Below are positions 1 to 12,805 of a stretch of DNA of 64,000 nucleotides, piece after piece. The translations under genes were made by a program, and so were the position numbers. Source of the stretch: Octopus sinensis (Eukaryota); assembly GCF_006345805.1 (NCBI RefSeq), contig NC_043007.1, forward strand, positions 63,612,001 through 63,676,000, read 5' to 3'. The notes under the pieces were generated by a model that had not been told where the DNA came from, ran no database searches, and worked only from the letters and a program-made list of their open reading frames with translations. Within the stretch, counting starts at the first letter, position 1, and the number at the start of each line of letters is the position of its first letter.

Positions 1-612
1 ATATCACCATCATTGTTTAATGTTTAATTTCCCATGCTTGATGGATGGGGTGGGGATGGGGTAGTCAGACAAGAATATATTGGGACAGAGTTTTCTGCAG
101 TTGGATGTCCTTCTGGAATACATACCCCCACCTGTTCCTAAATGAGGTAATAATCCTGCAATCCACTGAAACAATGGTGTTAGTTGTTTCCATAGAGAAC
201 TGGTAACAAATGACACCGTTTAGATGAGTCTTTTGTTTACAACTAGCAGACATATAAAAAGGGGAAATGCAAACTCACCCACCCACAGATATACAAATGT
301 GTATACATACATAATTACAAATATATATACATGCACAATAGGCTTTTTCTGTTTCTATGTACCAATTTCAATTACAAGGTATTGCCTGAACACAGCTAGA
401 CTTCAGGACATCAGCCAACTTCTTAACCACAATCATGCCTACTCAAATCAACCTTTATTTTGGAAGTTATTGAAGGTGCTAGCAAACATGATTTTGTGGG
501 TAAAGCTATGGCATGCCAGCAGTTCAGATTTTGACAGATAAAAGTAATGATTTTACATTTAAAATAATTACACATAATAGCTTTTACACAGATTGTTGCC
601 GGCTCTTACAGA

Positions 613-966
613 TTCTTTTATTTGTTTCAGTCATTTTACTGTGGCTATGTTGGAGCACCGCCTTTAGTCAAGCAAATCGACCCCAGAACTTATTCTTTGT
701 AAGCCTAGTACTTATTCTATTGGTTTCTTTTGCCAAACCGCTAAGTTACGGGGACGTAAACACACCATCATTGGTTGTCAAGCGATGTTGGGGGGACAAA
801 CATATATACGACAGGCTTCTTTCAGTTTCCGTCTACCAAATCCACTCACAAGGCTTTGGTCGTCCCGAGTATATATTAGAAGACACTTGCGCAAGGTGCC
901 ACGCAGCGGGACTGAACCCAGAACCATGTGGTTGGTAAGCAAGCTACTTACCACAGAGCCACACCT
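613..966 (-). mobile_element. tRNA-derived SINE, full head+tail (family A: GGTGTGGCTCTGTGG head ... AAATGACTGAAACAA tail)
   Basis: On the minus strand: A-box-like TGGCTCTGTGG, B-box-like GGTTCAGTCC, an ACCTTGCGCAAGTGTCTTCT core, then a tail. The same modules recur at 8655, 31205, 46580, 48045 and 56750. Confidence 0.8.
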
Positions 967-3639
967 GTTGCCAGTTGCTGTGGATCATGCAAAATTTAAC
1001 TCCTTACTTATAGAATTCAATAAAATTACAATATAGTAGATGTTGATACACAGAAGTGCTAACAACTGTGGACTTGAGAAGGTTGAACTCATAGAAAATA
1101 TTTAGTTTGAAATTACATTCTTTAATTCTTTTCCTGGTTTCAGTAAATGGGGTGTGGCTATACTAAGGCAAAGCTTTTGAGGACTTTTAGTCAATTGTAT
1201 CACTGCTAATACTTATTTCAGTCTGGTATTGAATTTATTAACTAAAATTGTTGCTGCAGTTGTAGCTACAATTAGTCGTTATTCTTTACCATCAAACTCG
1301 ACAGTTTTTCAGCAGCTGGATGTCTTTCCTGACACCGGGTTTCCTGTTTCCAAGTAAGTGGGGGTTTTTTTGAGCTCAGATTGCCAGAGATGATAAAATC
1401 AAAAGATTTTGCTAAACATTTTTGTAATATTTCTGTTGAAATACCTTGCCTTTGTTTAACGAAGAATTTAATAAAATAATTGTCATTATGAAGCTGGTAT
1501 TTTGAATATAAATTAATACGAAACCGTACTGGAAGTTTTTAATTTAGATTACTTTAAAACAAGAAATTTGTATCATAGAACCAAATTGGTTTCAGGTAAG
1601 TTAGTATCAAAAGAGTCAAAAGTGCAATATAATCCTTACATTGGAACCTAAAAGCAAGTAGTTTCATGGTTGAAACCATTTAACCACAGAATCTATTCTG
1701 GGTGGCTAGATAGTTTAGCATTTTATATGCATATATTTGAATATGAATTTTTACAGTGATGCCCTTTCATAATTCAAACCACTTACTCAGAAAGTTGTAT
1801 GCTAGGTTAGCATTCCATGATAGAGAATAAACGAGTAAGGAAACATCAAATGACAGCAGCTCCTACTCATTGGCTAATGCAACTATTCAGTATTTTTGCT
1901 ACACTTTATGGATTAAATGTTTCAAATTTATGGATGTTCAGTTTGGCTCACAGATTTTTTAATTAATTTTTTTTTAACTAAGCAGCTTGAAACTTTGTAT
2001 ACTGGTGGAATGTCTCAGGCAGAACACAGTTTACTTTGAACATTTTTGACAAAATTTGGTATTTTAGAAGTTATTTCATGTTAAAGTTGTCGTATTTGGG
2101 TAATTTCAACCAATCAACAACATGTATTCAGTTGAAGAAAGTTACTGCTGTTTGCGATAGTAACCAAAGAGAAACAACTTCTGGGTCATATCTACTAAAT
2201 GTCACCACTCTGCTCTATTCACATGGTGAGCGAAGACGATGTCACCTTTATCCTTTCTAGTCAGCACCATGCATTCCTTACTCTTTCCCTACCTTCTACA
2301 CTACCAACTAGCAACCAGCAAGTGAACTTGTCACCACCACTACAATTATCATATTTTCCAGTGTATTCACCATTTCTGTTACATTGCACTGAATGAACAG
2401 TAACCCAACCAGTGCTGGTACCATGATAAAATTCCCCCAGCACAATCTGTGAAGTGGTTGGCAATTGAGTGAAGATGACACGGGGTTCAGAGGACCACTT
2501 AATCTTGTCAAGATCATGACAACCTCTCTTATGATAATGCCACAATAAAATGCATTCAGTACACTATGTTAAGTAATTGCAAATAAGAAAGACAGCCAGA
2601 CATAAAAGCCAAGCTGAAAATTGAAATGTATGAATAAACATAGTTCTCCAACCAGTCTAGGGGAGCAGTAACTCCAAATAAGAACAGACCCATAAAGTAA
2701 TGACTCATCCAATTCATGCCAACATGGAAAGCATGCATAAAACAATGATGATGACTAATGTATTATCTAATAAAAGATATTATCATAATTTACTTTTATA
2801 TCATGACCATCAATTACTATTTAAGTTACAGTAACTGAAGACTGAAATTTAAAACATCTTCTAGTCTACAGCAGAAGAGTTACAAAAAGAAAAGTGGACA
2901 AAACTATATGGAAATGTCAAAAACTATGATGATATTCTAACAATGTTCATGACAAGAAAATACAAGGACAGTTAAAAGAAGAACAACAACACTTTCAACA
3001 TATTACTGAATGTCATTGATTTTTAAAACATGACTCTAGAACAGAACAGCAGCATGTCTGACTCACTGTGATACAGTCAAGAGGTTTAAACATCAGTCAA
3101 TGCCACATTGAGAAGCTTGGATCTGCTCTCTACTCCTCTGTCTTTTCATTAACTATATTAGTGGGTACATATAGAGAATTAAATGGGACAAATAGCATAG
3201 TTCGAGTTCAATGTCAGTAAAACTACTAGAAAAAAATCTTTTATTAAAAATATATTTTAAGGAGAGAAAAGGCATATAAATTAAATGAAAATGAATAAAA
3301 AGAAAAAGACAGGAAGAGATGAGGGTGAGTTTGAGTGTGAGAGAGAGGGAAGGAGAAAGATAAGCAGCAGAATAGAAAATATGTGAGAGAACACAAAAAA
3401 GAGGACAGTGTTGTGTAAGGAAAAGATGAAAGACAGAAAGAGATAATAATAAAGAAAGAGTAGAAGAGAGAAAAGGGAAAGAGGGAAAAGAAGAGGCAGA
3501 AAGCTGAATAGAGATGGTTATCTTACGTCTCACTCAGAATTTTCCACACATACTAGGACAGTTGCAGTAGGTTTAACTCTTCTATAGATTCCTAAAAGTT
3601 TATATAAAATGTACGAAGTGTGAAGAGATCAATTCCCAT

Positions 3640-3982
3640 ATGCTGATGAATACACGCACAGCCGTACCGGTGGCATGTAAAAAGCACCATTCAAGAGTGA
3701 TCGTTACCAGCATCGCCTTACTGGCACCTGTGCCGGTGGCATGGGTAAAAAGATTCGAACGAGGTCGTTGCCAGTACTGCCCGACTAGCCCTTGTGCCGG
3801 TGGCACATAAAAGCACCCACTACACTCTCGGAGTGGTTGGCGTTAGGAATGGCATCCAGCTGTAGAAACTCTGCCAGATCAAGTTTGGAGCCTGGTGCAG
3901 CCATCTGGTTCACCAGCTCTCAGTCAAATCGTCCAACCCATGCTAGTATGGAAAGCGGACGTTAAATGATGATAATGATGAT
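3640..3982 (+). mobile_element. RTE 3'-tail-derived element with 3 internal ~64-bp units
   Basis: GTGCCGGTGGCA core at 3664, 3730 and 3794, followed by CACCCACTACACTCTCGGAGTGGTTGGCGTTAGG...GGACGTTAAATGATGAT. The same 3' end terminates the RTE copy at 25105. Confidence 0.8.
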
Positions 3983-4527
3983 GCACGCATGCTCACACAC
4001 ACACGCACGCACACAAAGAAAATGGAGTATAAAAATTTGGAAGGTTTTAACCATAAAAGATAGCAAATGTTAAAAAAATTTGGATTTTGTTGAATTTAGG
4101 TTTGTAAGAAAGTAAAATGCTTTTGAACAGACTTGAACATGCAAAAATGTTAAGCATTAAATGCCAGCACAGCTGTGTGGTTGGAATATATACTTTCCAA
4201 CCACACTGTTCTGAGATGAATCCTACTGAGCAACACTTTGGACAAGTACCTTCTATTACCTCTGGAGGCAACCAATACTTTGCGAGTGGAATTTGGTGGG
4301 TAGAAATTGTGCAAATGCCCACTGTGACATCATCATCATCATCTTTATATTTGCTTTCCATGCTGATATGAGTTGGACAGTGAGACAGGATCCAATAGTT
4401 TGGAAGACCACATCTTGCCCTAGTTTTGGTAAGGTTTCTAAAACTGAATATCATTCCAGACACCAAATACTTTACAGAGTGTACTGGGTGTCTTTGTGTG
4501 CGTGTATGTATGCATGTATGTATACAT

Positions 4528-4670
4528 ATAGGAAGCTTTCCAACATGGTATGAAGTTCAGTCCCACTGCATGGCATCTTGCTGAAGTGTCTTATTTCATA
4601 GCCCTGGGCCAATCAAAGCATCACAAGTGGATTTGGTAGCACCACTGAAACCAAAAGAAGCTTATCATGT
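4528..4670 (+). mobile_element. Degraded SINE family A head
   Basis: GTTCAGTCCCACTGCATGGCATCTTG...AAGTGTCTT...GGATTTGGTAG matches the other copies. Confidence 0.6.
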
Positions 4671-4955
4671 GTGTGCATATTTTATATATAATGTAACTAC
4701 AAATGTGTGCTGTTGATGATATCTTTTCCTTCTTTTGACTTTTCCCTTTCTCCTTCCCAATGAAGAGCTATGCCTCAAACGTCAACTCTCTCTTTTTACT
4801 GAATGTCAAACTAATACATTCCTTGTGCATGTCCTCTTGTTTGTTATTGTTAATTTTATTGTTCATTTATTTGATTTAACTATACATATATATATAATTC
4901 ACTCTTCCATTATGGTAAGATAACAAAAAAGGTATTCCATCTAGTGAGGGATAAA

Positions 4956-5540
4956 TATCATTTAATGTAAACAGTATAAAGATACTAGCTACAAGAGCTA
5001 TTCATAATTTCTTGCTTTGGAGACACAAGTCTGGGCAGGTTTTATAACATGCCTTGTGTCTTCAAGCAATCGTGAGGCTCTGAGCACATGGTCTATTCAA
5101 CTTTCAAATCAAGATGCTGGTACAAGGGAAATCATGAGAAAAGAAACCAAAAAGGTGGTAGATACAATAAGTGGAAGGGTGAATGAAAAAGAAAACTAGA
5201 GTTATGTTCCCTTAGGTCCAAAGCCTGTGAGACACTCTCCATTGGATTATTATACAACAACTAGCTTTATGGTCAAAAGGAACACAGTTCTCATTATCTT
5301 TCCTTTCTTTTTCTGTTTTTATTTATCTTTCTAATTTTTTGCATCTACTTCCTTTTAGTTTCTTTGTTGTGATTTCCTTTGTACTAGCATCTTGATTTGA
5401 AAATTGACTAGACCATGTGTTAAAGTCTGAAATTGTTTGGAGACAAGGCATGTTATAAAAACCAGCCTAGACGTATGTCTCTAAAGCAAGAAACAAACTA
5501 TTAGTAGCTTGTATCTTTATACTGAGTACATTAAATGATA
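4956..5540. mobile_element. Fold-back element / MITE with ~230-bp imperfect inverted arms
   Basis: TATCATTTAATGTAAACAGTATAAAGATACTAGCTAC (4956) is the reverse complement of GTAGCTTGTATCTTTATACTGAGTACATTAAATGATA (to 5540). Arm similarity continues inward, e.g. TTTTATAACATGCCTTGT vs ACAAGGCATGTTATAAAA. Confidence 0.75.
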
Positions 5541-5749
5541 CCACACACATATAAAGTCCACTACAGCTGTTTCAGATGTGTTCTTTATTGATGAACAAAA
5601 CTATTACATCATGTAAAAAAATCAATTTTCTTCAGGTGAATTTAATAGTAAAATTTAACATTTAGGATTTTTGACATAAATAGAACATAATGAATATTGA
5701 CCCTCCCATCTTGGTTACAGCTGAAAATTATATATATATATATATATAA

Positions 5750-5937
5750 AACGGGAAGGTTTACGAAAATAAACAAAAGACGAAGGCAGGTGGAGTACAA
5801 ACAAACAATGTATTAGTATGGTGCTCAGGAATAGAAATAAAACAAGACTTTTACGTTTCGAGCCTACGCTCTTCAACAGAAAGAGACACAGAAAAGAAAC
5901 AAGGAGAGAAAAAAATTGCGTGTAGGGGCTAACGATT

Positions 5938-5977
<40 letters not shown>

Positions 5978-6078
5978 AGGTAAAAAAATACAAAACATTT
6001 AGAAGATGATACAAAAAACACGGACGGGACATTCGAAGCCTTCAATCTTCAGTCAAGAACCGGATCATCCTCGCAATA
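5750..6078 (-). mobile_element. Penelope-like retroelement terminal remnants (two pieces separated by (TA)n)
   Basis: Minus-strand TGAAGAGCGTAGGCTCGAAACGT and CTGAAGATTGAAGGCTTCGAATGT resemble the CTGANGA...CGAAACGT signature of Penelope pseudo-LTR ends. No coding sequence is present. Confidence 0.45.
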
Positions 6079-7589
6079 CATGTATGTGTATGAGTATGTT
6101 TGTGTCTCCTAGTCTTGACATTGTATGATTGTTATAAATGAGTATCACAGTCTCATACAACCATGGTCATTCATTGCCAATATTCTGCAAAACATGTCTA
6201 GCCATGGGGAAATATTATCTTGCATTTGAAACAGGTAAGGGCTGGTAACAGGAAGGACATTCAAACATAGAAAAGCTGGCCCAATAAACTCCATCTGACC
6301 CATGCAAACATAGTAAAGTGGACATTAAAATTTATGTATCAGTTAAAAAGTAACATACACAAAATGACACCCTTGAGTTAGTTATGTTGCATTACATCTA
6401 ATACATACACACACATGTATTTATGTGCACACCTATGTTCCTGATTACACTGGTCTAAAAACTAGTGTTATATAATGCTCTTCGATGTTCCATAATCTAA
6501 GAGCTTTATAACTAGAGATGGATAAAATAAACACTTATTTTTTAACAAGTCAGCTGGCTAGTTGCAACATCAGTGCCCAAAAAGTCACTCCTATTCTACA
6601 TATTGCTGACAGTGAGATTTGGATGGTATGTGGACGCCTGTCATTGAGGATGTGCAGTATGATGAAATCCCACATAATCTGGCAGTTCCAGTATCCATGC
6701 CAGAGGATTCTTGTCTGCTATGATGCATGTCTGTGCTTTTCTATATAAGGTGTCTATGTGAGAGGACTACTCATAGCGAATACTGCAGTATTCAGTTTCT
6801 AACCAATATGTCCATGTTGAGTTGGATATAAAGATTGCCTATAAGTACTATATTTCTATAAGCTCTAGAGTCAATGTGATTGTCCATGACCTTGAAATTG
6901 GTGGCCCAGCATGTTCACAATTTAATCAGTGAGACCAATAAAAGAAATAAAAGTATAAAAGAATAAAAACAATATGTCTAAACCTCAAGAGACACACTTC
7001 ATAGTTGGTCATACTTTCAGAAAGAAAAGTGGATTAACTAATAATGACTAATGCAGAGATGGTTGTAAACAACTTCATTTTTTCTTGCAGTTATGATTAT
7101 GAAAGAATTTTTCACCAAATGAGAATGGGATCTCACTGAGTTTGTTATGTGAATTTCTAGGTCCAATCTCTTGCATATGTTTAAATATGTAGATTTTCAA
7201 GTTTTTACATGGTACTTTGCAAATACTATTATTTGTTATAAAGTTTCTTTGGTTAGTCTAACAGCTTTCTCATTTTTAGGATGCTCTACATGGTCAGGAC
7301 ACCAGCAGAATCAAAGCACTCTTACCTCTTTGATATATCATAAACCAGAGATTAGGCTACCTTAATTTTGGGTTTCAAATTGCTTAGAAGGCATGACAGT
7401 AAATCAGAATATAGTAAGTATTTTTTTATATTTTGAATGTCTAGCAAAATTAGTAGTTTTGGACAAAATACTTCTTAGTATTTGGTTATATCTATTTCTG
7501 AAAATTTTTATGGGATTTTCTCAATTTTTTTTAAAGCACCCTAATATTTTTATAGGAGAATAGAGTGTTTACAATTTTGGAAGCATGCA

Positions 7590-7862
7590 GATCAGAAATA
7601 TGACAGTGAGAGAGTAAGAGAGAGAAACAAAACATGAGAGAGAAGTGACAAAAAAGAGAAGAGAGAGTGAAGTGGGTAGGAGAAAAGGGAGGGTGGGAGA
7701 TACAACAGAAAGCTGGAGAGAAAGAACAGAAAATACAAAAGAGAGAATGAACAGAAGAAATGAGAAACAGGGAGGGAACAGAAATAATGAGAAGAAAAGA
7801 AAACTGAAAAAAACGTTTGAAAGAAGTGGTAAGTAGAGAGATGGAGAAAGAAAAAGACAAGG
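7590..7862. repeat. Purine-rich (GA/AAG) low-complexity tract
   Basis: Composition only. It generates spurious Phe/Leu/Ser ORFs on the minus strand. Confidence 0.7.
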
Positions 7863-8654
7863 AAAATTTTCTTCAGTCTGGCTGAACTGTAAACCAATGC
7901 TCATCTCTCTCTGGTTTTTATTACTGGAGTCTCTAAGAAATAGTCTTTGTGCATTCTAAGTGTGATTGTTGATTGGTCCCACAGATCTTGGAATGATTTG
8001 ACAAAGCTGTATACTAGCCTCTATGGCAACAGTACACACATGAAATACAATGACTACAAACTGAACTGTACTCTTATGCCACAAACCCACACATGAGCAC
8101 ATTATATTTGGTCTCCAGACTATTGATGACATTTATAAACTATTTTTATTAACAAATCATGTGCAGAAAGGAAAAAAGAATGAATGTACAATTATAATGA
8201 TGGGGAGTGTGTGAGTGAGTATACATATATATACACACATATATGTACATATACATACACACACACATATATATACATACATACATAAACACATACACCA
8301 TGATTTTACTAAATTTATAATCTTTTGCTCTTATTCTCTAGCTACACTTGTGGCCTTCTACAGGTTCACAGAACAATTTGAACTCAGCACTTGTTAATTA
8401 TATAGAACTTCAGTAACCCTCATTCACAATAGTGTGTTATATCTATTCACAGTACTTGTTTAAAGCTAAATGGAACTGAGCCAGTAGGATAATTAACTCT
8501 TAAAACTGTGTTTATTGTTGATTTTGTCCTTGAATAAACTCTACTCAAACAGAATTCCAAAGTTTTATCATCATCATTATTTAACATTCACTTTTCCATA
8601 CTTGCATAGGTCAGATAGAACTCGTCAAGGCAGATTTTCTATGGTTGGGTGGAT

Positions 8655-9005
8655 TTATGAGGTGCAGCAGAGCTGTAAGAAGTTTGCTTCCCAATGACAT
8701 GATTCCAGGTTCAGTCCCACTGCATGATACATTGGGCAAGTAAGTGTCTTGTACTATAGCCCAAGGCTGACCAAAGCCTCATGCATGGATCTGGTAGACA
8801 GAAACTGAAAGAAGCTCATCGCGTGTATGTATATCTTTGTGTCTGTCCCCCACACCGATTGTCAACTGGCATTGGTTTATTCATGTCCCCATAACTTAGC
8901 AGTTCAGCAAAAAGAGACCAATAAAATAAATGCCAGGCTTAGAAAAAACTTTCAAGGTGGTGCTCTAGCATGGCTGAAGTCTAATGACTGAAGCAAATGA
9001 TAAAA
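8655..9005 (+). mobile_element. tRNA-derived SINE family A
   Basis: GGTTCAGTCCCACTGC, TTGGGCAAG...GTGTCTT, GGTAGACAGAAACTGAAAGAAG and an ATGACTGAAGCAA tail. Confidence 0.75.
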
Positions 9006-10354
9006 GATATATGTGTGTGAGTAATATTCAAACATACAATCATAAATTTATGCCCATACATACCCTCATATATATGATTAATAAAAAAAAAACTCAGATG
9101 TGTTACATGAAGCTACTAACTATAACTAAGCCTATATCAAAAAGTGTAAATTTTTACTGGAGAAGAAAATAGATGAAATGTTCAAGCGTTTCCTAAACTG
9201 TGAGTGAAATAAATGAAAACATTCCAATTGAAATCTGAAACCCCAACTGCAATATTGAATCAGTGAAGTTAACCTCAATTACAAAGGTTATGTGTATTTA
9301 CATACAGAGACAGTTTCACAACTTGCCTACGTATTTAATTTCATTTTAGTCTGTCTCAATTAATGAATAGTCCAAAATTAAGCTACCTAAATTTCTTGTC
9401 TCAGTACAATTTAAATTTATTTAATTTTTAATAATTAATCTTAATCTATTAGTTTACTATTATTTAATTTCTTCATCTTTAATGGAACTCAAGACTGCAG
9501 TTACTGACAGCCATTTGCTTCTGTCTTTCACAAATCAGTGCCAGTTTAGCCAGATCAACAGATATAGTCTTACATCATGCTGATTTTTGCAAAGTTCTTT
9601 CCAACATGATACAATTTTAGGAATGTTATGCTGCAACATTTTCAATGCAGAATTGAGAAAACAAATTCTTCTATTTGATTTCAAGCGCCATATTGTGACA
9701 ACTGGTTTTCTAGGAGAGCTGCTTATTTTCTGCAAGCAACAATAGTTGAGCTATGTTGCAAGTCCCTCTCATATGCAGATATGTATGAGTGTGAACATGT
9801 ATATGTTTGTCTTGACATCATGGGATAGTTATAAATAAGTTTCATTGTCATACAAGCAAAGTCTCATTTCCAGTCTTTCATGTAAACACATTCAGCCATA
9901 GGAAAACATTAACTTGCTTGGAAACAAGTGAGGACTGGCAACAGGTAGAAGATCTGGCCATAAAAATCTGCCTCAATGCTAGTGATGATGATAATGACAA
10001 GTGTTGTTATTTCAAATTGAAAGATTGAAAATAGTGTGAACAGAATTTATAGAAAATTTTTGACACAAGTTGTGATAAGAACACCTGTGTTGTAAAAAAG
10101 TTTCATGACATATGCCATTTCTGAGCATATTCCCCCAAAATTTACTTGCATACAGCTGTGGAAAAAAAGATGTAAATATTCCACCATATGCATAGAAGGG
10201 GCCAACAGGAAATTTGTTACAGGACTTCAGGGTACACATGGAGTAATTGGAAGTCTCTTAATTGGTAGAGTTGGATTTGGTTGAAACAAAGACACCAAAG
10301 TGATATGGGACATTGTGTGAAATCCTTTTTTAGTAACAGTAGGACAGTCTAAAC

Positions 10355-10676
10355 CAGTGGTTCTCAACCAGGGTCCATAGAAGACTTTTGGGGTCCCATG
10401 CAACAAAATAGTAAATTGAGGATCAACGATAGAACTTCAAGTGCCTCTGAAAAAATTTTGCTTTAGATGTATATATTGTAAAGAAACAGCAAGATTTCTT
10501 CCTCTAACATTTTACATAGTTCAATCTCTGCATGTTAATTATTGAAAAGCAAAATACGAATTTTGAAAGAAGTTTCTATAAAACTAGTTTTTAAACATCA
10601 AAAGGCTATGGGGGTCTACCAGAATAAAATAGTAATCAAAGGGGTCCACAGACAAACAAATGGTTGAGAACCCCTG
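10355..10676. mobile_element. hAT (Charlie/Buster-like) MITE, 322 bp
   Basis: TIRs CAGTGGTTCTCAACC ... GGTTGAGAACCCCTG, flanked by a perfect 8-bp TSD GTCTAAAC at 10347-10354 and 10677-10684. Confidence 0.9.
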
Positions 10677-11884
10677 GTCTAAACTATATATAACCTATTA
10701 GTTTGTCTATTATTAGACTACCTAAACTGTTTGGATGATTTGAGAAATAACAATGTGTAAGAGTGTGTAACAAAAGCGGAAAATTTGACATTGGTATGAT
10801 AGTAATTTGTAATTTTGTAAAAATTATATGCAAATCTCAATAAAGAAAAGAATGTGTATTTGTCAAGAGAACAATCCTGTCTTTTCCCTAGCCCCAAATG
10901 TTGGGTTGATAGCTCAGCTCAATTGACTTCTTTTTCTTAATTTTAAGTACCTGTATTATACTGAAGTTAATTTAATTGGTTATACCCTTATGTCATATGA
11001 AAAAAGAATTCCTGTACAAGTCCTAGTGGCTATTCCTTAAATCAATATTCAAGCAAACAGAATTAACCATAATTTCTTAAAAAACAAAAATTTCAAGGAA
11101 GCTCTCATAGAAAATAGATATTCTTCACATTGATTATTTAGCCATAAATAATTCTATTTGTTCACAAGAGAATGTAACTGATGAAATTAATCCTAATGTT
11201 TGCAGATTCACATATTCTGTCAATAGTTGAGAGGTGAAAAGCGAAGTTAAGTTTTGTGAGATTTGAATTTAGAATGAAGACAATACTAAAACACTGCAAG
11301 GATCTAACTTTGGGGACTAATAGTTTGTCAACTTGTTACTATTATTGAGTGCAATATATTTTTTTTAAAAGTGGCATTGCAAACCTGTTTCAATAAATGG
11401 CACACAAGGACACATTTGGTAAAAGCCCATTTGCTTGAGGTTTAGCAGTTTTCAAACTTTATCCTACACTTGTATAATAATTTTCAAGCTTTTAGCATCA
11501 CTAGTACAAAGTCTGACCATCTAAATTCACTGGTTCTGTTCTAAATTCTATCTCTATTCAAAACTCTTCTTATGTTTCTTACTACCCTTTGTTTTTCACT
11601 TCCTGTCTCCCCATTGTTCAATTAAATTTATTTACTCTAAACAAGAACAAAATGTTTATTGCTGTTCTTATTTTAACTCGAGTCCACTGTCTAGAAATCT
11701 TTCGTCACACATCTGGGACCTCTTCATTGATACTTTCCATCATGTGTGCTCCTGCTCTGCTTAGTTCATTCTGGACTAAGTGGAGCAGGAGCACACATGA
11801 GAATGGAAAATGTTGCTGAAGTGGTCACAGATGTGTGATGGAAGATTTCTGGACAATAGACAAAAATAAAATGAATTACAATAA

Positions 11885-12320
11885 AGTGGATCAATAGCTT
11901 CGATAGCAGAGCCCTGAAAACAATTGAGAACATCAGATGGTACCATCACATTTCCAACAAAGAACTGTGTGCATGCATGCATCATTCCACAGCCTCCCAC
12001 CTTGTAGCTGTTTGCCACATGCCCTGGTATGGACACAGCCTTCGTCTTTTGCCACATCATCCTACCAGACCCTTAATCTCATTTGATGCAGTGGCTGTAG
12101 GCTGGAAGAGACCCCGTAGCAGGCCCTGCACCAGATGGCTGGACTGATTAAGGAAGACCTCCAGAAGTTCAACATCATCTTGGAGGTTCCAGAAGGGCTG
12201 GCAAAGGACCATCAGTGGTGGGGAATACTGGTGCACCTGGTTGACTCTACGCATGATGACGCCTCTGGAACCACTAATCTGGAATGACCCCAGTCCCATC
12301 AAGCAAGAAGCAAGCAAGTA
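11885..12320 (+). mobile_element. 3' fragment of an RTE/RTE-X-type LINE with (CAAG)n tail
   Basis: Decayed translation INSFDSRALKTIENIRWYHHISNKEL...WYGH...GWKRPRSRPCTRW, typical of the RTE ORF C-terminus. Ends CAAGCAAGAAGCAAGCAAG. Confidence 0.7.
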
Positions 12321-12419
12321 GGGCTACATGGATACAAATACATAACCAAAAAAAGCACATGCACCTACAGAAATTACCACACACTCTTGCACATTTCCTT
12401 CCACAAAGTCAGAGATATC

Positions 12420-12805
12420 GCAGGTATGGCTGTGTAGTCAAGAAATTTGCTTCCCAACTGCATACCTTCAGGTTTAATCAAACACAGTGAGACTGAATCT
12501 GAAACCATGTAGTTGGGAAGTATTTTCTTGGATCTGATAGATGAAAACTGAAAGAAGATTGTTGTATGTGTGTGTGTGCTGTCTTGGCATCATGCAATTG
12601 TTGTAAATAAGCACTACTGTCATACAAGTGGTGTCCTTCCAATCTCCTGTATAAGCACGTTTGGCCAAGAAGAAGTATTGCCTTGCTTGGAAACAGGTAA
12701 ATTTGGATTGGCAACAAGGTCTCTGACCATAGAAATCTCCCTCAACAAGTTCTGTCTGATCCATGCAAGTACAAAAAAGGGGACATTAAAATAATGATGA
12801 TGGAT
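12420..12805 (+). mobile_element. SINE family A head with the alternative tail (CATACAAG...GGAAACAGG...GGACATTAAAATAATGATGATG)
   Basis: Head TGGCTGTGTAGTCAAGAAATTTGCTTCCCAAC. The tail matches 6130-6330 and 9800-9985. Confidence 0.65.

Noticed and set aside
2261-2545. 94-aa Cys/Gly-containing minus-strand ORF as a nested gene
   Set aside because: No recognisable family, no clear splice signals and no companion exons. The length is within chance expectation.
4175-4206. Perfect 12-bp hairpin GTGTGGTTGGAA-N8-TTCCAACCACAC as a terminator or structured RNA
   Set aside because: It is isolated, single-copy in the window and has no supporting context. Intrinsic terminators are not relevant here.
6618-6722. 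Protein-like peptide DLDGMWTPVIEDVQYDEIPHNLAVPVSMPEDSCLL on the + strand
   Set aside because: It is short, I could not assign it to a family, and it has no supporting neighbouring exons.
10012-10239. Minus-strand FYAYGGIF as a DESI2 exon (cf. EFAYGGH)
   Set aside because: There is no HP/FSG continuation, no fitting splice sites, and the flanks do not resemble PPPDE. Treated as a chance match.
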